This document shows, piece after piece, positions 1-13,900 of a DNA stretch of 64,000 nt (position 1 is its first letter; each line of letters starts with the position of its first letter). Location of the stretch: contig OX597814.1 in NCBI GenBank assembly GCA_951406725.2, positions 13,206,001 through 13,270,000 on the forward strand. Direction: 5' to 3'. Position numbers and translations under genes: made by a program. The DNA is from Octopus vulgaris (taxonomy: Eukaryota). Under the pieces are notes generated by a model that did not search any database, was not told the DNA's origin, and saw only the letters and a list, made by a program, of their open reading frames with translations.

Positions 1-164
1 TCCAAAAGTAGAAATATTGATTCAGTATTTCCATAAATTGAGAATGTAAAGTTTGAGATATTCGTATAAATGAACAAGTAAGTTGTTTCCATAGTAACGA
101 ACTTTGAAACATATAAGATTTCACATACACACGAATTACCACAATTCCACCATCCACATAACCA

Positions 165-612
<448 letters not shown>

Positions 613-1196
613 ATATGTATATGCATACTTACACACATATACACACTTACACATAAAAGCAGGCATACTAGAAGATCATGGCGTTGTTTGTACTATCTAA
701 TTTTAATGAACATTTTATTTTGGAACTTGACATTTCATTTCCAAGAGATGCTGATTGTCGCATTACCAATGATTGATAACGTTACTAATGTCAGCAGCTA
801 GGGAGAAAAAGCCTCAGTTTATAGACAATTTTCAGAGCTGTCACAATCAGTGCCAAAGTATTGTCGTTATGATCTGTACTTATAAAGTGGAGTAATTCAT
901 AAATGTTTCTGTCTAAATGTTAATATTTCATATGTTTCAAGCAATTTGTTAAAATTTTGTCATGGCGTTCTGAAATAACATTTCGGAGGGAACATAACTG
1001 TACATGATTTTTGTATCCTATATATATATATATATATATATGTATGCGTGTTTTTCTATGTGAGTATGGATGTGTGTGTGTGCTTTGTGATGCAATTTGA
1101 AAAATATTAGGAGAAATTTTCAGATTTAATTCATGATTCCAAAACAACATACAGTAAGTCATCGTGTATCGCGGGTGTTATTTTCTACCTACACCC

Positions 1197-1412
1197 TTCT
1201 TCTTCTTCTTCTTCTTCTTCTTCTTCTTCTTCTTCTTCTTCTTCTTCTTCTTCTTCTTCTTCTTCTTCTTCTTCTTCTTCTTCTTCTGCTCCTCCTCCTC
1301 CTCCTTCTTCTTCTTCTTCTTCTTCTTCTTCTTCTTCTTCTTCTCCTTCTCCTTCTTCTTCTTATCATCATCATCATCATCATCGTCATCATCATCATTA
1401 TCATCATCATCA
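1197..1412. repeat. (TTC)n/(TCA)n microsatellite
   Basis: Directly visible. Confidence 0.97.
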
Positions 1413-2515
1413 AATGCGAAACAACACCACAGAGGAATCGACGTAAGTTTAAATAATAAGCCACGATAGGTAAATCGCGTTATGGCGAGAGATTATTGTA
1501 TTTGGATTTGTATGCCAAAACAGTTTATAAGTCAGCCGTTCTCCATTGTCAAATTCCCCACTTCTTTTATTTTTGTAACAGAGGAATTTATGATAGCTCT
1601 CCGTGGGAATTATTGTGTGCGTGTGAATTATCCTTCAGATGTCACCTTGTAAGTAATGGAGGAAAACTTTCCAAATGTAGCATGAAAAGTTCAAACAGAG
1701 ACATATTTACACTATTTTAGTTCCTCTTGCAAATACAAATGAAAGACAAGACTCCACTACCAAGCAGAAAGTGGAAGATAATGGAAATGAGTAAGAATAA
1801 CATATATTGCACACTATATAAACTATGGGTAGCACTGTCACGTGCAGACTAACCTAGAATAAGGTTTGCTATGCACTACGTGCACATGATGTATGGTTTA
1901 TTGTAAGCGTATCCCTCAAAAGAATGCTCTCGAATGCACAGAAATTTCCCGAGAAATTGTGGATAGCTAAATTTCTCTAAAAGGTAGACTAACAGTGAAG
2001 GGGAGTCTTCCGAAACGGTATTACTTAAATAAAAACTTGAGTGGAAAAATTCAGAGGTTTTTACTTCTACCTAGAACAAATAGATTCAGTGTCTAAATTG
2101 AAGCCAAAATGGATAATGCCAGGAAACAATATGCAATATTTCTTAACCGGAAAATGTAGCCGAGAGTGAAAATCATATGGAAGCTTTTCAAATATATATA
2201 ATTTAAAACCATATGATAGTATAGAGCAATGGACGGCTGAGAAAATAGATGCTGAAAAAAGACTGCCCTGTATAAGGGGTATCAGATAAAGCGTTTTTGC
2301 GGTAACAATATAGTCAATTAAGTAGTTTCTCTTTAAAATCACAGACCTGAAGGCATCGTCAAAAATAGAAATGAAAAAATCCTGTGGGATTTTATGATCC
2401 AGAGCAAACTTGAGATTGTGAATAGGAAGCCGTACATAATAACGATTCTGCTCGCCGCATTCAATGATAACAACAACAACAACAACAACAACAACAGCAT
2501 TAACAATAATAATAA

Positions 2516-3200
2516 TAAAATAGACAACAGAGCAGAAAGTGATAAATACAGAATCTGTGAACAAAAGGGTGAAACTGTATGGCATATTATTAGCCAATGT
2601 ACGACACTAGCTCAGAAGGAATATAAGAGACACTACGACAATATAGCCAGGTTTGTCCATTGCTCACTCCGTGACAAGTATGGCCTTCACAGAGGAAAAA
2701 AAAAGGTACGACCACAAAGCTGAAGGCATCGTCGAAAATAGAAATACAAAGATCCTATGAGATTTTATGATCCAGTGCAACCTTGAGATAAAGAATAGGA
2801 AGCCGGAAGTCTTAATTGAGAAATAAAACAAACTATGCTGGATCATAGATATAGCATGCCCAGCTGAAAACAAGGTATGCGATAAGGAAGAAAGAAAAGT
2901 TGAGAGATATGACTGGTTAGCTTGGGAGGTTAAGCAAATATGGTCGATGAAAAAGGTAGCAGTAGTATCAATAATTGTTGGAGCCCTGGGAAGAGTGAGC
3001 AAAAATCTCGAGAAGTAAGTGGAACAAATAGAGGCTGCAATAAGGGTGGAGCACTTGGAGAAAGCAGCACAGCGTGGTACTACTCGAATACTCCGGAAGA
3101 TGCGCGAAAAATAAGAGGCGTTACCTTAGTTCACTGGTAGTGAACAGCTAAAAGTGTAGTACATCTCGAACGTTAGAAGCTGTGCAAAAGCAATGGTAAT
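2516..3200 (+). mobile_element. R4/Dong-clade non-LTR retrotransposon 3' remnant (zinc knuckle plus restriction-like endonuclease), frameshifted
   Basis: Translations give KYRICEQKGETVWHIISQCTTLAQKEYKRHYDNIARFVH, then KIL*DFMIQCNLEIKNRKPE, CWIIDIACPAENKVCDKEERKVERYDWLAWEVKQIWSMKKVAVVSIIVGALG. These match the CxxC-H-C, RHD, KPD and D-K-KY motifs of RLE LINEs. Flanked by (AAC/AAT)n. Confidence 0.85.
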
Positions 3201-3214
3201 AGTAATAATAATTG

Positions 3215-3421
3215 TTTCAAATTTTGTCATAAGAGCACTCTGTTGGGGAAAGGAATCAGTCGAATACATCGACCACAGTGTTGAACTGGTACTTATTTTA
3301 TCGACTCTGAAATGATGAAAGGTAAAGTTGACCTAGGTGGAATTTGTACGCAGAACGTAGCGACGGGCGAAATAACGCAAAACATTTCGTCCTTCGCTGT
3401 AACGATTCTGCTCGCCGCCTT
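3215..3421 (-). mobile_element. SINE family C (degenerate), related to 36767-36999
   Basis: Shares gtacttattttatcgac...gatgaaaggtaaagttgacct...ggaattt with the other family C copies; head abuts (AAT)n. Confidence 0.8.
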
Positions 3422-3422
3422 C

Positions 3423-3484
<62 letters not shown>

Positions 3485-4439
3485 ATGTTAAATTAAGATT
3501 GAACTAGACAGAAAAAGACGTAGGAATTACAATTTGAGTTGGCGTGTGGCTAACCTAATTGGTTTTGACATATGTTTGAGATATTTATTAGATTAATCTA
3601 TTCGATTTTCATTGGAAAATAAGACAGCTTAATTCTATGCAGACTCAAAACTCCTTAAGTAGAAAATTCAATAAATATGGAGCAATTATGAATAAACACG
3701 TGGAGAAAAATTTATACATTTTCCTTTAATATATAATCTAATTGCAGTGAAGTCATAACCTGAATTTTGAAAAAAATATATTGAAATTAAATCTAAAATT
3801 CTGAAACGTAAATTAATTACCATTTAATATTCTTGGAGAGTTAATGCGTTTATGGTGCTGAATGTACAAGTAAAAAGAGTAGAAGCATAATTATTCATGA
3901 ATGCAGAGTTAGTAATAATATATGTGGGTGTCAGTGCGACATACTGGAAGAATCATTGATTCGACGCTCATCATTTTAGGGTCGGTTATAAGTACTATTT
4001 AATTATTCTGAGTGATGTGTAATTTACTTATACCAACACTCGAAATTTCTGGTTTTGTAACAAAACATGATTTGTAGGTATTAATAGATTTATTTTAGAA
4101 TCGTGGGTAAACATATGAACTAGTATGTGATCGCGATATGCAGTCATCCCTATGCATTGTGTCAATGATTAAGCCATTTGAATCCAACGTTTTCACACAT
4201 ATATATAATACGTTGTATGTCAATATTTCATTGTCTAAGCTTAAATATTGTAGCTAAAATATTAAAACTGATGCAATATGTGCATATTATCCCGAAATAA
4301 TACTACATGAGATGGACAAAGTTATATTTCATCTGTATTCTATCTGAAAACTCCAAAGGGGGTTATTGTCTTTACCTCCCAACGTTAACCTATTTACCGC
4401 ACTACAGAATGACATTAACGCATTTATAACTCACCTCGT

Positions 4440-4760
4440 TTTCTTTACCTATTTAATCGTAGTTGTGTCGTGGGGGTAGATTCCACAGCCAAGCTTTCCA
4501 TCAGCTCCTGGCCGAAGCAATGAATCCCCAAACGAGACCAACGGAGCGCTATGGATATTATCCTAACATATTGTTCTTGGTCTAACCTTGGGTCCTGTCC
4601 GATTGTTTTGCCCGTAAAACCACTCCAACAGTTCTTCCTCGAGACATTCCAACCACATGTCTGTAGTTTCGGATCTCCGGCCAGCAGGTATAAAGGGGCA
4701 CCTGTATTGCTAAGAACAATAGAAGTCACGAAAACATTGTAACTTTCTGACTGGACCAAA
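4440..4760 (-). mobile_element. Probable RTE-clade LINE 3' end remnant
   Basis: Minus-strand peptides HVVGMS, RPRTIC*DNIHSA and WSRLGI resemble the RTE C-terminal GHV.RM...GRPRTRW.DNI pattern. Confidence 0.5.
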
Positions 4761-4855
4761 ACGACATCATATAATGTTCTTTTATGCTTTTACTTGTTTC
4801 AGTCATTTGGCTGCGGCCAAGCTGGATCTCCGCCTGCTTTTATAAACTCATATAC

Positions 4856-5446
<591 letters not shown>

Positions 5447-5635
5447 TAAGAATTATCAAAGCAGTTGCAAATTTACCGTTAAATTAGCAGTTCATACGTG
5501 TGCTGCTATTTGGTCATTTTGATAATAGTTGGTTAATTTATACTGCATAGAAAAAAAAAGACATATTACATACAACTGCTTAAAATAATAGAGTTTACTG
5601 TATTCATAATTTGTGGTTCACAGAATTGAAAAAAT

Positions 5636-6680
5636 ATGCCACCAAAGAATAGACGTAACTTCTCCAGAAGCAAGGATGAAGGAAAGAGGATTGTAGAAAA
5701 CCGAAGGCGAGAGTCTCAAGAGAGAGAGGAGATTAGACTTTCCCAAGATCAGCAAATGCATGCTGAAGCTTGTCAGATGGAATCTCAATACGGAAGTGAG
5801 ATGAGCCTTTCTCAAGATCAATAAATGCGTGCAGCAGCACATCAAATGGAGTCGCAAGAGAGAAGGAAGTTGAGGCTTCTCCAAGATCAGCAAAGGCATA
5901 CTGCAGCACGTCAGAGAGAGTATCAATGCAGAAGGGAGATAAGATTTTCCCAAGATCAGCAAATGCGTGCTGCAGCAGCACATCAAATGGCGTCTCGAGA
6001 CAGAAGTGAGTCGAGACTTTCTCAAGATCAGCAAAGGCATACTGCAGCACATCAAATGGAGTTTCAATGCAAAAGTGAGATGATACATTCTCAAGATCAG
6101 CAAAGACATGCTACAGCACGTCAGATCGCGTTTCAATGTAGAAGGGAGATGAGACTTTCCTAAGATCAGCAAACGCATGCTGCAGCTCATCAAATGGAGT
6201 CTTAAGACAGAAGGAAGGTCAGACTTTCCCAGGATCAGTAAAGGCATGCTAGAACACGTCAGATGGAGTTTCAATGCAAAAAAGAGATGAGACTTTCTCC
6301 CAAGATTAGCACTTAATATTGACTCATTAAAACACTATTTTAATGACTAGATAGCGGACTAAACTCAAATTGTCATTTCTGAAAATCCTTAAAATTTCCA
6401 AAAGAAACTAATGGCATGCACTGCTCAGGCGGTAAGGTAAGATTGCCCTCACTATCAGCTCCTCTTCAACCTTTTATCTGGATCAAAGGATTTTTTGCAC
6501 AATATCAGAAAATATAAGACATCGTTTGGTACATCTAAGGAGATAGTTGAACATGGATTTATGTCAGCGTTCAAAGTTGAAAGGCAAGTCTATCACCTCA
6601 TTGGTTCCCTGTTGCACACAAACGAACAACTACAGTTCCCCCAAATTTACTTTATGAGAGATATAGGACCATATATCTAA
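5636..6680 (+). pseudogene. Helitron Rep/helicase N-terminal remnant
   Basis: MPPKNRR start and a charged repeat region, then KFPKETNGMHCSGGKVRLP and FLHNIRKY..TSFG...GFMSAFKVERQVYHLIGSLL...QFPQIYFM, characteristic of the Helitron RepHel N-terminus. Contains stops and deletions. Confidence 0.85.
5710..6310 (+). repeat. About 9 copies of a 69-bp (23-aa) coding minisatellite (RLSQDQQRHAAARQMESQ..) within the Helitron ORF
   Basis: A caagatca-like anchor recurs at 5744, 5813, 5882, 5951, 6023, 6092, 6161, 6230 and 6301. Confidence 0.9.
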
Positions 6681-6886
6681 AGGTGTCAAAACTTCAGGTG
6701 ATGGGTCATGTTTGACACAGTGCCGACTGCCGCAAAAGGAGATTATATCCAGCCACAGCTTTTCGGTGCGATCAAAAATCACATACCACCGCCCACACAC
6801 GTGTCAAGTTTCGACGAGACTGGGTAGTCTAAAAGACGTTAAAGTAACAAATTCACAAACCCACACCGCTACATTATGTGTGCATA

Positions 6887-6972
<86 letters not shown>

Positions 6973-7049
6973 CACACATATATATATATATATACCCTTT
7001 TACTTATTTCAGTGATTTGACTGCAGCCATGCTGGGGTACCGCCTTCAG

Positions 7050-7086
<37 letters not shown>

Positions 7087-7116
7087 GTAGAGAGAGAGAG
7101 AGAGAGAGAGAGAGAT

Positions 7117-7940
7117 AGTATTTAATCATATCAAAGGGAAATGGAATTTAATTAAGATTTACATTTCCAGTGGCCTAAAGTGTATAAAAATTTAGTCAAA
7201 AAGACTATATATTAGTCAAACGATATAGTGTATATCCTAATATATGAGGAATCAACTTATAGGGATTCTACACGCTAGAAAGAAGAGCTAGGTTCTATAA
7301 CCACAAAAATTGGAGATAAAATTCGACATTTACCATCTAGTTTCCTGGACCAATTGGTCCAGGAATAAATTTCATTTCCAAATTTATTCCTGTCGAATTT
7401 TATCCCCAATTTTAGTGGTTATAGAACCTACCTGATCATTCTAGCGTATAGAATCTCTATAAGTGGATTCCTTATGTGTTTAAATATACACTATATCGTG
7501 TGACTAATATATAGTCTTTTTGACTAAATGCTTTACACGTTTGACCACTGTAAATGTAAATGTTAATTAAATTCAATTTCCCTTTGATATTATTAAATAC
7601 TGTAAATTTTTGGATAATTTTCGGTTAAAATTTGGCGTTTTTTTTTTATTGTAGCCAGCGAGGGACTGCGACTGCGCAGTAAAATATGTTAGGTCGAATA
7701 AACACGAGTCAAGTAGTCTTGTTTGTCTCGTGGGTATATGTTTAACCCTAGGTTGGACCTGCTGAGAAAGATCAGACCGTGTGAGTTCTCCTTGACTCGC
7801 TAAATTGGTCCCGGAAACTAGATGGTAAATGTTTTTCATTTCCAAATTTATTCCTGTCGGATTTTATCCCCAATTTTTGTGGTTATAGAACTTAGCTGTT
7901 CTTTCTATCGTGTAGAATCCCTGTAAGTGGATTCCTTATA
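7117..7940. mobile_element. Foldback element: inverted arm (7117-7330 vs 7390-7600) plus a ~464-bp direct monomer; PLE/retrozyme-like
   Basis: Arms are reverse complements. catttccaaatttattcctgtcg recurs at 7373 and 7837. Sits between (AG)n and (TA)n; decayed HHR-like core at 7758-7814. Confidence 0.75.
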
Positions 7941-7957
7941 TGTTTATATACATATAC

Positions 7958-8018
<61 letters not shown>

Positions 8019-8104
8019 AGTAGTTGAATTTTTCGCTATGGGCTCCGTGTGAGCAATCATCTAAAAGTGTTTTGTGCATTTTGATGTTGACATAAGTTCC
8101 TTGC

Positions 8105-8187
8105 TTTTCCTGATGAGAAAGCGGCATAATGTATTCCTTATTCCTTCGCAATTAGGAATATGCAGCCTTCGAAACATATGTCGAAAA
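8105..8187 (+). ncRNA. Type I hammerhead ribozyme in a solo PLE pLTR (~8040-8235)
   Basis: ttttc-CTGATGA-[gaaagcggcata...tatgcagccttc]-GAAAC-ATAT-GTC-gaaaa. Stem I ttttc/gaaaa. Same family as the pLTR of the GIY-YIG PLE at 39679-40650. Confidence 0.85.
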
Positions 8188-8248
8188 TAAAGGAATTTTG
8201 TTAATTCGTCGTTCAGCTCCATTCTTTCATATATTTATATATTTTTAA

Positions 8249-8292
<44 letters not shown>

Positions 8293-8298
<6 letters not shown>

Positions 8299-10150
8299 TA
8301 GATATATTTCGAACAATGATTGGTCCAGGCCATGTCTAACTTAATAGCACCACCTGATAGGATTATTTGAATCCTGTTTAAGTTAAGTTTTGTTTATGGT
8401 CCATTCAAGTAGTGAGTTTTTGTTGGGTGAGCTGTACCCAATTATGGGTGGCTTATCTGGTATTCCTTGAAGGAATCTATCCAGACTCCGTTTAAAGTTG
8501 ATGGGATCCTTTTCCTCTTTGATCTCTTTCGGGACAATGTTAAATAGGGCAGGGCCTGTTGAGGAAAAGATATTATGTTGCAGTGTACATGCATGCTGTG
8601 ATCTTGAATTGGGCAGGGGACGTATGGCCCGTGGTCCCAGTCTTGGATGAACCTTGAAGCTAATGTTCAGGTCGTTTGGGCAAAGTTGGTGGTATATTCT
8701 TCACAGCGTACAAATGATGTACCGCTCACGGCGACGCTGGAGAGAGTAGAGTTTCAAGGCTTTAAGGCGATCCCAATAATCGGGAGCAGCTATGCCTTCA
8801 ACTCGTTTAGTGAGTGCCCTCTGGGGTGATTCAATCCTCGAGATGTTTTGTCTTGTATGGGGAGACCACAGTGGGCAGCAGTATTCGAGGTGTGGCCGTA
8901 TAAATGAGGAGAAAAGTCGTGTGATGACACCTTGTTCTCTGGACCGGAAAGTTGTTGAGATCCAGGAACTCATCCTACGAGCTATATCGACCTTATTGTT
9001 AATGTGTGCACTCCAACTGAGATCGTCATCAACAATTACACCAAGGTCTCTGATATTGTTAGAGGCTGTGAGCGGTTCCCCTGAAGGAAGAGAGTATGGC
9101 TGTTTTAGTGAGGAATTTCTTCCAAAATGCATCAGCTCAAATTTTCCCTCGTTCAGTTGCATTTTGTTTCTGTCTGCCCATTGACTCACAGCATATAGAT
9201 CAGACTGGAGTTGAGTTCGGTCTGCTTCTTCATTGACGATTTGCTGGAGCTTAGTGTCATCAGCAAATATTTTCACTTTGCAGTAATGTACGACACTGGA
9301 AAGATCGTTTATGTAAATTATGAAGAGTAGCGGACCCAAAACAGTTCCCTGGGGGACACCGCTGGTAACTTTTACTGGGCTTGAGTGGATTCCATCAACT
9401 ACAACATGTTGTGTTCTATTCGCCAGGAAATACTTAATCCAGTGTAGAACATTTCCACGGATTCCAACATTTGCCAATTTTGAGAGTAGGATATTATGGT
9501 CTACCTTGTCGAACGCTTTACTGAAGTCAAGATACATGACATCAGAGTTCGAACCTGTTCCCAAGGCTTTGAGTACATCTTCAATGTGGTATAAGGGCTG
9601 TGTTAGACAGTCCCTGCCACAGCGAAAGCCATGCTGATTTGCATTTAGGAGTTTGTGGGTCTCCAGGAAGTCAGCTATCCTTGATTTTAACACTTATTCA
9701 AACACTTTAATGATGTGGGAGGTGAGTGAGATTGGGCGATAGTTGAGTGCGAGGGATCTGTTTCCCTGTTTGAAAACCGGGATGACTGACTGGGATAGAA
9801 ACTGTTTCAGTATATAACCTGCGTCTAACGAATTTCTCCAGAGGTTGGTCAGTGGGACTGCAAGTTGGTGTTTACATTCCTTCAGGAGACTAGCGGGGAA
9901 TCTATCAGGGCCTACAGCAGAGTAGTATTTGACCTCATTTATTGCTGCTATGATGTCAGTGGCAGTGAAGGTTATGTCTGAGATTTTATGTTGAGAGTCA
10001 ACTTCGTTCGCTTCTCTAATGTCAATATCAGTGGGAACACTAAAGACAGAGCAGTATTGTTTCTGCAGTATTTCTGCCATTTCTTTAGCATCGTGTTGGG
10101 AAATGCCGTTATCATCAATCAATGGCCCAATGGGTGAGACAGTGGTTCTA
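8293..10150 (-). mobile_element. CR1-like LINE, 5'-truncated, with reverse transcriptase ORF2 remnant (ORFs 9694-10122 and 8701-9693)
   Basis: [66 protein letters not shown] and YWDRLKALKLYSLQRRRER. One in-frame stop at 9694; 3' UTR to ~8293. Confidence 0.95.
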
Positions 10151-10152
10151 TG

Positions 10153-10261
<109 letters not shown>

Positions 10262-11298
10262 ATGTGTATATGTATATATATGTATATGTGCGTTTATTGA
10301 TGGGAGTCTTTTGTTACCATATAATTCCACGCACTCGCATGTGTTGAGAAACCGTTATGATTAGATATTTTCTGACACGCTTAAACCCATGTAATTTAAA
10401 TTTAAATTTCCCAACCAATGGGCACTGATTAAAACATAGGGTTTGTATGTTAATTTTCTTATTATATGTCTATAATTGTTCCCGTATGTAGATGCCTGTA
10501 TTTACTTTTTTGCATATATCTATATGTATATATGTATGTACGTATTTATATATACATATGAATATTGTATGCTTTCTCATTTCATACTTTTTATTTTTAT
10601 TGTATTATATTTTTTATATAGTTTTATTTCATTCTACCTTATTCATTTGACTAACTTTCTTATTATATCCAAGTTAAATCGTTACACTTACGCGCACACA
10701 AAAACCGAATGTAAAATAACTCCATATATTTCATCTGCCAGTGTGAGGTCAACATGTAATTTTTTTTATTGTATATCTTTTCTCTTATTATATTTTTGCT
10801 CTTAACTTATAAATGCAAATTTCAAACATAAAAGAACACTCACACTCACTCACATTCACACACTCACTCACACATACCTTCATAGATAGTACTTCGAGTA
10901 TGTCTGTAAAGTCGTGAAATAATGGGATTGAAAAGAACTGATGTAATAAATATGGTTTAAGAAGGAAAGGACTTTAACATTTGCAATTATCTTTTGCCCA
11001 GCTCTCTGTCTCTGAGCATGAGACATTTACCGGTTTTGTAATGTCCATTGTCTTGGGGCATTTTTCGTCCTGTTGTTTCTCTACTTGGAACGTAATAGAT
11101 TATATTCTTCCTTCACTTTTGCTAAAGTGAGCATCATATTGAGACTAGAATTACAAATATGAAAATATTAATTCCATTGAAATTCGCTTCAAGCGGCTGT
11201 ACGGAGACACGACACCACTTGAATAAAAGGAATAATCTTTATCGGTTACGAACTAGTTTATTGCATAATACATCTAGTACGCCTGTATTAAACTCTCC

Positions 11299-11329
<31 letters not shown>

Positions 11330-12649
11330 AGAAACAAAATACGAAGAGAATTCAAAATATGATATTCATATAACTTATCTCAAGATTAACTGCTAGACTG
11401 ACATGAATATATAGTATTTCTTATGATCTGTGAAGAGAGAGAGAGAGAAAGAGAGAGTCGTGGTCGTAAATAAATTCTTTCTATAAAATGTATCTACAAT
11501 TCTGTCTTATGCTGATAATTCAGAAGCTATCTCGACCTAACTTCGTTTATAATAATTAACATGTTTAAATGTTATAAAATATAAAATATAACATGTTTAA
11601 ATGTTATTTTTTGTATCCCGATATAAATCGACCTTTGTTCTTTATTAGAACTTAGTTATTGCTCCTGGTATATGAAAAATATTGATCCCGGTAGTTAAAA
11701 GGTATGAATAGATGACACAAAAGTTTTAAACCTGAAATGTTTATAAATGCATTCTTAATGTAAATGTGGCAGTAAACGTTACAAAATTTACTTCCTACAT
11801 TGGGATTGTCTTTTTATTTTTTTTCGTTTATTTAATGAATTTATATTTAGCAACATATGTACGGGAAGAAAGACAAAATGTTAAAAATATAAAAGTTAAA
11901 ATTTTCAAGAGAAGAATTCTGGAAGCACAATATATTAAAAACTTTCATTCTCCCATATTAGGGGCTTCGAAGTCAGTAGGTCTACTTCCGGCCTTCCATA
12001 CACTTGTTTGTTGATCTATTATAATAAAAACCACAAATCTTGTTACGTTCAGCCACCTAGACTTTCCTACTCGAACAAAGAAAATAAGACATTTCAACAG
12101 GAAAACGAACGAGAAAAATATCGAGAACAATATCAAGCAATTGCTTGTTTGAAGGAATTAAGCCCTGAAAGATTGGGGAAAGAGAATATCAGGTTAAACA
12201 CCTCAGTCCGAATTGTATGTTCAACCGCGCCACACGGTCTTGTTGCGACGAATGGCCAGTAATACTCGCTGCAACAACTATCCCGCTTTCTGGGTCTCAT
12301 TTTGAAGACGTGTTGCTATTATCCCGATTTTGCGGAAGAAATCAGTAGTGCGAAATCCAAGAACACCACAAGCCTCGACGTTGCCCAGCACAAACAAATA
12401 GCAACTGGTTATGCTTCGAGAACTTTTATTATCTTTATTACAGAGAGATAACAGGGTTAGTAGGGTGATGAGAAAGGGTGCTATGCTAAGAGAAGTAAAG
12501 CTAAGTTAGGAGGAATGAACAGGTAGAAGGAAATGATATTTGAGAAGTTAGGAATTAGCGATGAGGAAACAAAAAGCTAAGAATGAAATATGACAGAACT
12601 GAACAATGAAGAAAACACGATGGAAAATGTAGAAAAAGAACAAAGAAAA

Positions 12650-13900
12650 TTTTAAAATTAGAAAAGCTTTTTTTTCATCTTCCTCTCCTCTGTTTTCCGG
12701 TCATCGATACCCGGGTTAGTGGCCGATGAAGCAAGATAAGAGATGGGTAACATTTCGCAGTATATCGCGTACCAGAGTAGGGATTTACCCTTCTTGTATA
12801 GGAAGTGAGTTGTTTTGTCGGGGCGCTCACCATCGCCACCCAATGATCTACTGTCTCCAGTTATTACAGGAGTCGAGATCTCTTCAGATGATATCGTTCA
12901 AAATGGCGTGTGAAGGAAGTGGTTCGCAATATAGCTGCAGAAAAGAAACGAATGTAGGTCAAATTCTTCGGCTGAAAATTTACAACAGCATTTATGCAGC
13001 TTAAACACGTGGAAAAACGAGATGGTGGGCTAGTCCAGTATGAGTGCATTCATCCTCAAGAAAGGTACTGTTGATGAGGAAGAAACTGAATTGAGGCCGC
13101 GTAGCAGAACGGAGGCAGATGAGGTGTTGCTGTTGTAAGGTAGTCTCAATCTTCCTGAAGACAGATTTGCATTTGATTTCACCCCAGTTACATAGGATAT
13201 CTATGTTCTGGAGGACGGCAAGGTATTCAACGGCCCAACTGGCCATAGCTGACTACAGTTCAAGGGACACATCGAATTCAGTTATCCCATGACATAAGTC
13301 GTCGATGAGTGTATAACTGGGGATTGAGGGAAGTCAGGCCTGTCACGCCAGGTTCAAAGTAGAAAAGAGGTTAAAGAATTTCGTGGGTAGTCAGAACTAA
13401 CATTGCAGAGCAGCTCAGCAGAACACAGAAAAGGATATCTGTTTCACTGGGGCGATCTGTCAAAGGGTGGCATGCTATACTGCATAGAGTGACATCTATT
13501 CCTCGGCGTGAAGACCACTGGGTGCGCAATATGAGACGACGTCCCTCTGTGTGGGACGAGGGACGCTGACACTGAGGCGGGTTGGATGATGAGTATGACG
13601 TCCTGGAATTCAGCCTCCTCATAGCTCAAGTTTATCTCCTTTATTTTGGACCGCTTCTCACCAAACCCAAAGAGCTTTAAGGTTGAGATGTTTGCTGATG
13701 ATCTTCAACCGCAAACTCATCCGAACCACCAAAAACCTGTCATCCTGTCATTGAAGTGTAACTGGACAGATAGGGAAAATCATGGACAGCCAAGGCAAAA
13801 ATGAGTGGGCAAGATAGTCAGCCTCCTAGTCAACTGTGGCATAAGCAATCCCCTTGTCAGCATCCATGAGTGATCCATGCCCTGAGATAACACGGGTAAC
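12650..13900 (-). mobile_element. Possible highly decayed Ty3/Gypsy integrase region
   Basis: Minus-strand fragments SIACHPLTDRPSE (cf. STAYHPQTDGQSE) and NALILD*PTISFFHVFKL (cf. NAYKLDLP..VFHVS.L) occur in the expected order; weak. Confidence 0.35.

Noticed and set aside
1994-2025. tgaaggggagtcttccgaaacggta hammerhead-like string
   Set aside because: Core lacks C3 and A9 and stem I does not pair convincingly.
5618-6274. 218-aa leucine-rich-repeat-like ORF on the minus strand
   Set aside because: Antisense shadow of the Helitron 69-bp repeat.
11860-11950. KRRILEAQYIKNF as a GIY-YIG C-terminus
   Set aside because: Suggestive of a PLE tail but too short to support.
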